From NCBI GenBank assembly GCA_021432655.1, contig MU271187.1, forward strand, positions 206,695 through 226,694: 20,000 nucleotides of DNA, in the 5' to 3' direction. The notes below the pieces were generated by a model. The model did not search any database. It was not told where the DNA came from and worked only from the letters and a program-made list of their open reading frames with translations. This DNA comes from Atractiella rhizophila. Taxonomy: Eukaryota. The position numbers and the translations under genes were made by a program. Positions within the stretch are counted from its first letter, which is position 1; each line of letters starts with the position of its first letter. Positions 1 to 9,412 of the stretch are shown here, in pieces.

Positions 1-2313
1 TTTCGGTTGTTCGGCGAGTGACCCGTAGCTCCACAGGTTGATTGTATGCGACATTGAGAAGGGAGAGAGGGGCTCGACTGCAACGGACTATTAGCTATGA
101 TGTAAAAGTCCTAAAACGCATACCCTTCTTGAATGGCTTGTAATACAGCTTGATTTTCTTCATATTTCATCAAAGGTCCATCTTCGATCGAGAATCCGTC
201 TTTCCAGAACGTGAGGTGCCGCACGACGGTTTCCTCGTCGCTCGACTGTCGAGAGGATTCGCCCGCTCCAGGTAAAGATCCAGGCATCGTTGCAGATGGT
301 CCAGCTGAAGAGGTGGAGGGTGGATCGTCCTCGCTCCCAAGGCGATAACCTGAAGAAAAGCATAAACCATCCGTCTCTGTCGCACGACGCCAACACTTAC
401 CTGCTCCTCCCCAATTGCTTGCGCCAGTACCGCTACCTCCGGTATTTATCGCCCTTCCCGCACCAGGCTCACTTGGAGGTCTGGCGGCTCCTTCAGTTTT
501 AGCTTGATGTAAAATCTTCTTCACCAGTTCGTTGTCGTCTCCGCGCCTGCGAGCGTTTGGGTTTTGCACAGATAGACCAGACTTCTCTCCTCCCGCAAAA
601 AGGTTTGGGGGATCGTCTCCCTCGCTATCACTATCATCATCTTCGGGAGGGCGGTGCGGAGCCGAGTGTCCGCCAGATGAAAGTGAGCCAAAGGTCGCAA
701 TCCGAGCGCCGGATGATGATGATGCACTGTCAAGGGAAAGGTCAGATAGGCCTTCACTTCGGTAGAACCGCATAATCTAATAACATGAAGCCAAAGAGAA
801 CTCATTATGTGAAATAAACTAGTAGCAATGCAAACATCTTGGTCGCAAGCTGTTTTGGTCAAGGTTAAAGTTTGCTTCTCCAATCATACGCTTCCCAGCA
901 TCTTAGAACTAAATGGGTTGGTTACTCAACCGCTAGATGAAAAAATTTGTAAGGCAGCCAAAAGGTCGCTTATAACATAATCATAATTGGTGTTTCCACA
1001 CACAGCGCTTCGCTGCAAGACGTGCAGCCAAAATGCTTCACGAAGGAAGGTTTTTCCTCAGAAACGGTGCGGTTCTTTCTAAATTGATGGCCGCAACCAG
1101 CCGCATGCTTTATTTTCTCGTCTTCAGCTTCAGATCGGTCGCAGAAGACAATCGACGCCGGACCAAGCCAATTGCAGGAAATGATGGTGAAGTTGCCGGT
1201 CACGAAACTAGAACAGTTCTTGCTTTTGTCCTCAGCCGTCACTTCGGTAAACATTCACCCCGGATGATTATGAAGGTGGGCTAAAGAAAATATGTTTTGG
1301 TTTCTTTCCCGCCAAAAAATAACTTCAACGGATGAGAGAGAGACCTCGCTCACCGTGGGGCATCCCTAGCACGACAGACAAAGTCTCTATCACGTTGAGG
1401 ATGAGAAGGACGAAGGAAGGCGCTGATGTCTTCCGATCGCTTTGGCGCGTTTCCACAAAAACAAACGACGATGATCCACTCCAATGGTTTTTAAGTCGCC
1501 GTAGTAAAAGCAGTTGTCTTATCGCTGTCATCAGGCGAAAAGCAGAAATGCACTTTGTGAAAAGAGCCAGAAGAGCTGGATTTTCACATACCGCCTCCAC
1601 ATTCAGCGTCTGTCAACCCTCAGGTTTTGTCAGACGAAAAATTACACCTTAATCAGGCATAAAACATCCTGAAAGGTGTTATGCGGGACGTACGAAGACT
1701 TTCATAAATTTCTCAATCTCTGACAGAAACGGGAGGTACCCGATTGAAAGCAACATATGGGTAAGGCACAATCATTCCGCCTAGAAGAAACAGAGGCATT
1801 CGAGCGAATCAAGGTAGATGAAGCCAGTAGATTTGGCAGAATAACAAGGCGGGCCCTCGTCTGCCCTTGCAGGAACGAGGGTCAGGAGAATCGATAATTG
1901 CCATTCTGTGCTGCATAAACATTTATTCGGCTGAGCTCACGGAGGACAGTCAAGGTCCGCACCGCACCGCTCCAAAGCATTCAAGACGAAGAGGACACAC
2001 ACCCTTTCTTCTTTTCCCCCTTCTCCTCAGCCCTACTTGCTTCCACTTCCAAGGGCACCGCCTTCCTTCCATCCAACGTATAAACCCATCTCATCCCCTC
2101 TGGTGGCTCTTCCTCATTCCCATTGCCTCCTTCAGCAATCCCAGCACTATTACTGAGATCTTCATTGAGATCAGCCCCCTCTTGACCTCCACTCTCATAG
2201 AAAGCCTGGACAGCCCGTTCGAAGTTGCCGTTTGCGGAGGAGAGGAAGAATTCAGCTTGTGAGCGCGTGGAGGACGTAAGCGCCATAAATTCGGTTAGTT
2301 TGTCGTCTCCCAT
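1..2313 (-). CDS. SHP1: p47/NSFL1C-type Cdc48 cofactor (UBA-like + SEP domain; UBX expected beyond the window edge), 3'-partial. Exons 2313-2003, 726-401, 349-124, 77-<1
   Basis: N-terminus [40 protein letters not shown] is UBA-like; family motifs [31 protein letters not shown] and SEP domain [18 protein letters not shown]...[18 protein letters not shown] introns 2002-727, 400-350 and 123-78 all keep frame. Confidence 0.92.
727..2002 (-). other. Long first intron of SHP1 (1276 nt)
   Basis: GTGTGT donor; CTGAC branch and TTGACAG acceptor; phase-2 join GG|T. Confidence 0.75.
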
Positions 2314-2566
2314 TTCGTCGATTTGAGGATGGGTACGCAGGAGATGTTGGACGTTGGAGATGGGATTGCGCGTCAAAGGAGACAAAGGACAGATAGAGTT
2401 TACCAGATGACGCGTACTTGCCTTTTCTGGAATATATAATCCGACCGCCAAACATGGCTCTCGTTCTCTTCGATGTTTGTAGAACTTCATGACTACTTGA
2501 CCATCGCATTAATTTCTCAACTTGGAGACGCAATAGTCCTTTCAAGATACCTCACCCATACTCAAA
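2314..2566. promoter_or_regulatory. Short (253 bp) bidirectional promoter between SHP1 and IRC3, with an MCB-like ACGCGT at 2410-2415
   Basis: Head-to-head ATGs at 2313 (-) and 2567 (+). ACGCGT and a nearby CGCGT are seen; their function is inferred. Confidence 0.5.
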
Positions 2567-5500
2567 ATGTTGACAGCTTCCATGCGAGTGACGCGAGCAC
2601 GGACTTGCTGTTCAACTCTCAGCGGAACTCTCAAGTGGTACATCTCGCCTGATCCAGCTCTCAAAAACTGGTATTCCACAGCAACACCTGCGGCAACCTC
2701 TACACCTTCGACTTCTCACCTCCCTCTTCCTTCCTTGCCTTCAACGTCAGGTCCAGCTCCACCTTCAAGACCTAACCTGCTCGAAGGAGGAAGAACAACT
2801 GGAACTGCAGGAGGAGATGTCCAGTTAAGACCGTATCAGGAAGAGTGTGTAGAGGAGTGTTTAGAAGCTATACGAAATGGCGTGACGCGCATCGGAGTGT
2901 CGTGTCCCACAGGTCTGTCGTTTCTACTTCTTCCTTGTTCTCTCTTAGTCTCTATCTCCATTATTCATTAGTGTGCAGCCACATACCGAAATTTACGTCA
3001 AACCAATAAGCTGTTAAGTTGTAATGTGTTTAGTACATTGTGAATGAATATGAAGACATGCTCCTCTGACGTGCATGAGCGCTTGGAAACATTCGCATCT
3101 GGATCTTTTGTTGGAAAGTTGAATTCTGACACATGATAGGGAATGTTTCAATTCGAAATCCTTGTTGCAACGGAAGGAGATTTCCTGGCCCTCCTTCACA
3201 TTAGAAAATATTTCGTCATGCTTCTTTGCCATCCTTATGACGATGTTCCCTCAACCACCGAACTCTTTGATGATTCTCCGATGCGATGAGAGAACGGAGA
3301 ATGGAGAAGTTAGGGGTAATGCATCTACGGCCTCGCAATGCCCAGTTCAAGTATCGACGAAGAAGTTCTGAATGTCGTATCTCCAATTGTTGGGACGCTT
3401 GTACAGTCCGAGAACACTCAACGTATTTCGTATTCGCTAAAGACTGGGGTCTCATAGTTCTTTTGCAAAATTCTGATCCAAGCTGTTAACTGAGTGAAAT
3501 GGATTCAAACAGGATCCGGAAAAACCGTTGGCTCCCACTCTTCTCTCCCAATTTTCTCTGAAGAGAGGAAGTTGAACAGACAATATTCACTGAACTCCTC
3601 AAACGCTACTCTGACGCTCTCGATGCCACGGAGGGCGGAGGGAAGAAGATTCTTATCATCGTAAATACCATCCAGTTGGTGAACCAGACGTATGCTCATG
3701 TCAAGAAAACATGTCCGAACAAAGTCTGTCCATCCCCTCCCTCCTGCCTTTCTCGTCCATTCTAATGCCCTCTTCCGTCCCGTCGTGCTCATATTGTGGT
3801 GCGTCGCCGTTTGCAGAAGGTAGAGATAGAGCAAGGCTCTAATCTGAGCTCCGGAGAGGAAGATATTACCATTGCTTCTTCTGCAACAATGGCTCGGACA
3901 GAAAGGCTTCAGAATTTCGACCGGGAGAATATGGGCTAGTGATCGTTGATGAAGCACGTCTGCCCCTCTGCCAGTTACAAGGCTCCGGAACTGAATAGGA
4001 AACAGGCACACCATGCGGCCAGTGCAAGTTATCGTCGAACTCTGGCACATTTTGATCCTAGGATCATGCCGAAAAAGACGACCAAAATGGGCAAGGGCAT
4101 TTATCAAGAACTCGAACAGCTAACTAGCGTCGAGAATAATCCCTACCTCACCCCTCCCGAAGCTCATGAATTTGATCCCGAAGAAGTGGTTTCATCCTCC
4201 ACAGTAGAACTGGAACAGCAACTGTCGGCATCAGCATCTGAGAAGCTCAAGGAGAAGGAACCAAAGAAATTGTCGTTGAAGCGGAAGCGGAAGAATGTGG
4301 AAGAGGTAGCAGTGGAGGAGAAAGAGAAGGAAGAGGAGGAAGAGGAAGATGTGAACCCGGTCCCGATTGTTGGTTTCTCCGCCACTTTCTCGAGAAATGA
4401 TGGTTTGGCATTGAGCAGCGTATTTGAGCGCATCGTATTTCATAAAAACTTGGTGGAAATGGTCAAAGAGGGATGGTACGTTTTACTCCACATTCAACAC
4501 CTTCCGTCATCGTGATCGTCTATCAACGCCAATTGATTGCAGAGTAGGTTAAGTCCAGTGCGCTTCACTCTGGTGGAAGCGGCTCTCGACCTCTCCAACG
4601 TGATCGTATCAACGACTTCTGGAGACTTTATGCCGACTAGTCTGTCACATGTCGTGAATACAGACAGCGTCAACAAACTCGTCGTTCGTAGCTGGATGGA
4701 GAAAGCAGGTTCGCCGCTCTTACTTCTCCTTCCGAATGAGCAGCAATAATGACCTCGTTTTGTTCCACAGGGAATCGACGCTCCAGTCTTGTCTTCGGTG
4801 TGACGATCGACCATGTAAAGGCTCTCACGCAAGAGTTCAGGCTAGCTGGAATCGATGCTAGGTATCTGTATGCGGAGACGAAGGCTAGGGATAGGAACAA
4901 GCTGTTAAATGATTTCAGAAAAGGAGTCTTCCCCGTGCTCGTGAATTGCTGTTTGTCTTCCTCAGCCTTTCCATTTCTTTCAGAGCAGTGGGTGACTCGG
5001 CTCGACAGCTATACTGACGGAGGGAGCTGATATCCCAGAAGTAGACTGTGGTCCGTGTTTCCCCTCGTCATTGAGCCATGTATGCTGATCGGAGACGAAC
5101 AGTCGTGATGGCGCGGCCGACGAAGTCGAAGAACCTGTTCTCCCAAATGATTGGGAGAGGGTTGAGATTATCTCCTACGAGTGGAAAAGAAGATTGTCTT
5201 GTACTCGATATAGTGAAGAATTCAAGCAGAGGGGTGGTTTGCGCACCAGAACTGTTTGGGTTCCAGCCGGACGTCGTCGAAGGTATCCTCACCCACATCT
5301 GCGTACTGTTGCTCATCAAATGATGGAATAGGGAAGACAACAGACGAAGCCCTTCTACTCGATCTCGTAGAGAAGAGCATGTTCAAGCCACGTCCGGTAT
5401 TGCCTTTACCCGAAGAGGTTTCCTATGTGGACTATGCGACTATATTCGATATCATCGAATCCACCCGCTCCGTTGACGACGAAACCATCTGGACTATCCA

Positions 5501-6170
5501 GCGTCTAACTTCAGTCAACTGGGTAGGATGTGGAAACAAGAAATTTGTCCTTGATCTCCTAGGGATAGGCTTCATCACAGTGCAGCCTTCCGGCCTATCA
5601 GATCCAACCAAAAGTTGGAAAGCTACATTTGTGAAGAATTATGCCGTGGCCTTGCGACGAGGGAGGACGCAAGGGGCGTTCGCACGACCAAAACTGCTGG
5701 GCCATTCCGAATCACTGGAGCACGCGATTCTGGGTGGCAATCACTTCGCGGCAGGAGAAATGAAAGGACCAAATGGGATGCATCGATTTGGTAACTTGTC
5801 GCGATATGCCCCCTGGAGACGGAAAGAGAAGATTTCTGATGGGCAGAAGAAATTTATCAAGCCACGGCTTGGAGTTTCAGCGAAGGGAAGTGGAGAGGGA
5901 AAAAAAGAATATATTGAGGGAATCTGGGTGGGGAGGAGCTGGAAGGAACTTGTCAAGATAGACAACCTCACGAAGGGGGAGGCGGGGGATATCATTACGC
6001 GTTTCAAGCATGGAGCGAAGAGTGGATGGGATAAGAGGAAGAAAGGTTTTTTAAGTGAGGAGACTAAGAGGACGAAGAAGCAGTCTTTGAGGGATGACCC
6101 GCTTTGGAGGAAACTGATCGAGGAGGGCAAAGTTACTTATGCAGATATCAATCCCCTTGAACGTGAATAG
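2567..6170 (+). CDS. IRC3: IRC3-like mitochondrial SF2 DEAH helicase, ~837 aa if one missing base near 3910-3925 is restored. Exons 2567-2912, 3513-3526, 3580-3723, 3817-3953, 4006-4475, 4548-4708, 4771-4950, 5009-5050, 5103-5282, 5332-6170
   Basis: Q motif LRPYQEEC, Walker [64 protein letters not shown] and C-terminal [17 protein letters not shown]. Arg/Ser/Thr-rich, acid-free presequence-like N-terminus. Confidence 0.88.
2913..3512 (+). other. Long first intron of IRC3 (600 nt), inside Walker A
   Basis: ACA G|GTCTGT ... GTTAAC ... AAACAG|GA TCC GGA AAA ACC rebuilds TGSGKT exactly. Confidence 0.9.
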
Positions 6171-6711
6171 GTTGTATTAGCTTATTCTCCCATCTTCCCC
6201 CTAATCATCGGGTTTATGTATATATTATTCTCATAGTGCGTGATATTGGATACCCTGGTATCAAATCTATTCACAGGTTAATTGGTTAATTTGGGGAATA
6301 TTCAGTTATTCTCTCTCCTTTCCTCGTAAATTTTTTTGAAGATGGACTTTGCAATGGCTTGGACAAGATATTCCTTCGAGGATTCCTGGACCAAGCGCTA
6401 CCTTGTCTTCCGAAAGTACTGAAAACCACGAAGAGTGGCGCAGTAGGTCCTTTGCAACCGTCATGATGAATATCGGTAAATTTTATCACTCGCGGACAAG
6501 AGCTACCACTGCTGTATATAGGTTCCAGCATAGGGATGGACTGAGGAACAGAATCCCATCACTGCGCGAACTCGGGAGACATGGAAGGATGCGCAGGGTC
6601 TCGCTCGGAAGAGTGAGATACATCCCCAGTCCACACTGTTGCTAGAATCCCTGTGGGTCGCCGAAAATTTGATGACCGTGAGGAACGTATACTTTATCGC
6701 ACCGTGGCACG

Positions 6712-7342
6712 CTAAGTTCCTGCCAGAGAATCAGAGCAGCCCAGGATCCGGACATTGGCCAGTTGTCCGGAGGGATCTAGCACAATGCGAGAACCCAAGT
6801 GCCAGTTGAAGATGAAAGAGTGGGGGTTCGGATTGCGTAACGGACTGCATAACGGACTGCCCAACGGGGGCTAAACCGTTGCGTTAGGAAGAGGTAGGAA
6901 TCCAACAATGCAATCTGATAGAGACGGTAGGACTGGAGGTCTAACAAACACAAACAGTGTAACACATCCCGTTACACTTTCACACCTCTTAGTAGAAATA
7001 TGGAACTCAAAGGAAGTTAAACGGACCATTTTCCACCCTTTCATATCTTCCATTGTCGCTTCCCCTCCAGCGCCAACGTGCATCAGTGCATCCACTGCGG
7101 TTGGATGGCCATGTAGACAGGTTTCCAAGCACTTTGTCGATCCTATCCTTCAGTCATGTAACCGGATGAAGGAAAGAACCCACCTTCACACAATGGGGAC
7201 AGTCAGGATTACTGGCTGTTGACTACGGGAAAAACAGTCAGAATAGGACAAGGCAGAGCAGGATAAACCATACCTCTTTCACGGGAATGGACAGCACCGA
7301 AGCAAAGAGAGCTGTTGAGAATAATAATCTGGAAAGTAACAT
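6712..7342 (-). CDS. Small secreted Cys-rich protein A (8 Cys; 130 aa, or 107 aa if in-frame 6845-6777 is also spliced). Exons 7342-7274, 7222-7184, 7131-7027, 6976-6956, 6870-6712; 3' end uncertain
   Basis: Signal peptide MLLSRLLFSTALFASVLSIPVKE, then STASNPDCPHCVK | CLETCLHG...GWKM | CNGMCYT | PPLGSPLC...ILGCSDSLAGT*. Phase-0 introns of 51, 52, 50 and 85 nt (two use AAG acceptors). TATAAA ~50 nt upstream. Confidence 0.68.
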
Positions 7343-7392
7343 GTTCGGGTTCGGATCACACCTTTTCTCATCACTTCAGTTGCAAAACGTCC

Positions 7393-7398
7393 TTTATA
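7393..7398 (-). promoter_or_regulatory. TATA box of secreted gene A
   Basis: TATAAA on the minus strand ~50 nt upstream of ATG 7342. Confidence 0.5.
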
Positions 7399-8217
7399 TC
7401 ATAACATCACAACAAGAACGTCACACCAGTTTGCCACGGAAATGGCGGCAACAGCGGTCTCCTTTCCGGCAGTGTTGGACCTCCGTTGACAAGCTGTACA
7501 TGGCGTGAGGTTGAAGAGCCTGATCATCACTGAACGCTGAGCGCTGTGCTGTGATGCACTTTGTACACGCAAGTTCCCCGATGTTTCACTTGAGCGAGAA
7601 GGTGAGAAAGATGACAAGGGAGATTGTTAAGTCTACTGCCGCGGTTTGATATCATTAACTCTTACTGGCTGATGGAGTCTTGCATGTCGTGCGTCAGCAT
7701 AGAACATAGACACACTATGTGCGTGGATATTGAACTGGTTATGCACATTGGTTATTGTTTCATTTCTAACACCGATGGATCGAGACTATGGACGTTGTCG
7801 TTCAATCAACTCGTTGGACGGAGTGAATTGAAGGTGCATAGAGATGTTTGTTATTCTATTGTGACGTTGTAAACAAGGACTCATGCTATGCACCTCATAC
7901 CCGTTCAGGGTTACCACAGAGAATGGGATGAAAGAGGTCGAACGCAACGTTGGCCGTAGCGGTTCATTCATCAATTCACAGCTAGCAAGGTAGTGTGCAC
8001 CGTATTACGACCTCGCTGTTACCAGGAAGAAAGGAGACCGCTCAAGTCTGCGAGTGGAGCTGCAACCGCACTCGCGGCGTCCTCTCTGTCGAGCAGGTAC
8101 AACACCTTGAGAGTTTAGCAAGGTGGAGTACGGTGTCTGCGGCTTGTGATCCCCTCGAGACGTCCTCTACCACGTTTTGCGGTGAAGTTAGAGTTTCTGT
8201 CCATCCACATCTGAAAG

Positions 8218-8224
8218 TATAAAA
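8218..8224 (+). promoter_or_regulatory. TATA box of secreted gene B
   Basis: TATAAAA ~55 nt upstream of ATG 8279. Confidence 0.55.
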
Positions 8225-8278
8225 GACGGCAGCTTTCTTTCTATGTTCCACTACGATCTAAGCATAGGAAGAAAGGAT

Positions 8279-8702
8279 ATGTTATACAGATCTATCCTGC
8301 TCATTGCGCTCAGCCTTCTGGCTGTAGCTGCTCCAACTGTAAGTGATTTCCTTCAATAGGGCAAGACCACAACTCAATCGGCTGTGCAGCCCGAAAGCGA
8401 GCCCTCACTTGAGGAACTATTGAAAAGGTCACCACAGCTGAATCATGATGTGCTCCGCTCTGTACGACTTCTTCTACTTCTCATTGGCATTGACCTCACT
8501 CTTGTGGTAGTGCGAGCAAGCATGCAGCAGTAACCCTCCACCTGTGGGCTACAATTATGTCTCAGTAAGCAGTCTCAAGAGTAGACAGCTAGGTCTTACG
8601 GATTGAGATAGTGTTTCTTTGAGTGTGCGCAAAAAGGAGGTATTTGATTCATAGATCTTTGATGCGCGCTTGAATGCATCATATTAAGGCTACCATTTGT
8701 AA
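8279..8702 (+). CDS. Small secreted Cys-rich prepropeptide B (71 aa). Exons 8279-8338, 8390-8449, 8511-8564, 8612-8639, 8689-8702
   Basis: MLYRSILLIALSLLAVAAPT|PESEPSLEELLKRSPQLNHD|CEQACSSNPPPVGYNYVS|CFFECAQKG|GYHL*. Four GT-AG introns of 51, 61, 47 and 49 nt keep frame. Signal peptide, acidic pro-region, KR site and TATA box are all present. Confidence 0.82.
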
Positions 8703-9412
8703 CCAGGTATATCAAAGTGAGCCTGAAATCTGCAGCACTCGGCTAGGCCGTATAACGACGTCCCAGATTAGTTCACCTGGAGATTTAGAATGGCATCAAA
8801 GACACCAGAAGGAAGGACGAGGAAACGGGCTCTCTACAAGAATTTATCACTGCATGCCTGTTCGATCCTTTTTTTCCCCACAAAACTTCAGCACTAAGAA
8901 GTAATACCCATTACTGTACGCTGAATGCTGTATGCATAGGATAGAGCCCTGCAGCCATTAGGAGGCAGAGCAGAAAGCAATTGTGCCCCCAATTTACTGA
9001 CAAAAGAGCTTGCAAAGATCAGAGACTAACCAGCACCGTGACACCTATCCTTGGAATTGCCTCCATCTCGAGCAATTGGAGCAATCGTTAGCGCACTACA
9101 AAATCTGTGGCATTTACAGTTTCGATGTGATTGCGATATGTCCTGTCGTGATGGTCATCGGTAGGGTTAGGGTCCCAGCTTGTTTCACCTCCATCCGCCC
9201 CAAGACAGCGCCTACATTTTCCTACTTCAGTCTTTCTTTTCTCATCCAATCCTTTCTCGGCTTTCGACCTCGACTCTCTGAGGCTTTCACTCCCTTTCGC
9301 CGAAAAAATCGAGAAAAAAACGTCGACTTTGGTCGATCCGCGATATAGCCCGCAATTTTCACACCAATCCGCTAACCAACGACACGATCCCCTATTTTCT
9401 CTTTCTGCAACG

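Noticed and set aside
729..1955. GTCAAGG repeat near both ends of the SHP1 intron as a possible target-site duplication
   Set aside because: Only 7 bp, recurs at 858-864, and there are no terminal inverted repeats.
2314..2490. N-terminal extension of the 1981-2490 ORF
   Set aside because: The p47 UBA-like domain starts at Met 2313; upstream is the shared promoter.
3268..3371. TGATGA...CTGA pair suggesting an intronic C/D snoRNA
   Set aside because: No terminal stem and no guide I can match to rRNA; such short boxes occur by chance.
3505..4107. 200-aa minus-strand ORF
   Set aside because: Antisense to motif-bearing IRC3 exons; no recognisable features.
7400..8200. Short ORFs between the two secreted genes
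   Set aside because: No signal peptide, motif or consistent splice model; treated as divergent promoter DNA.
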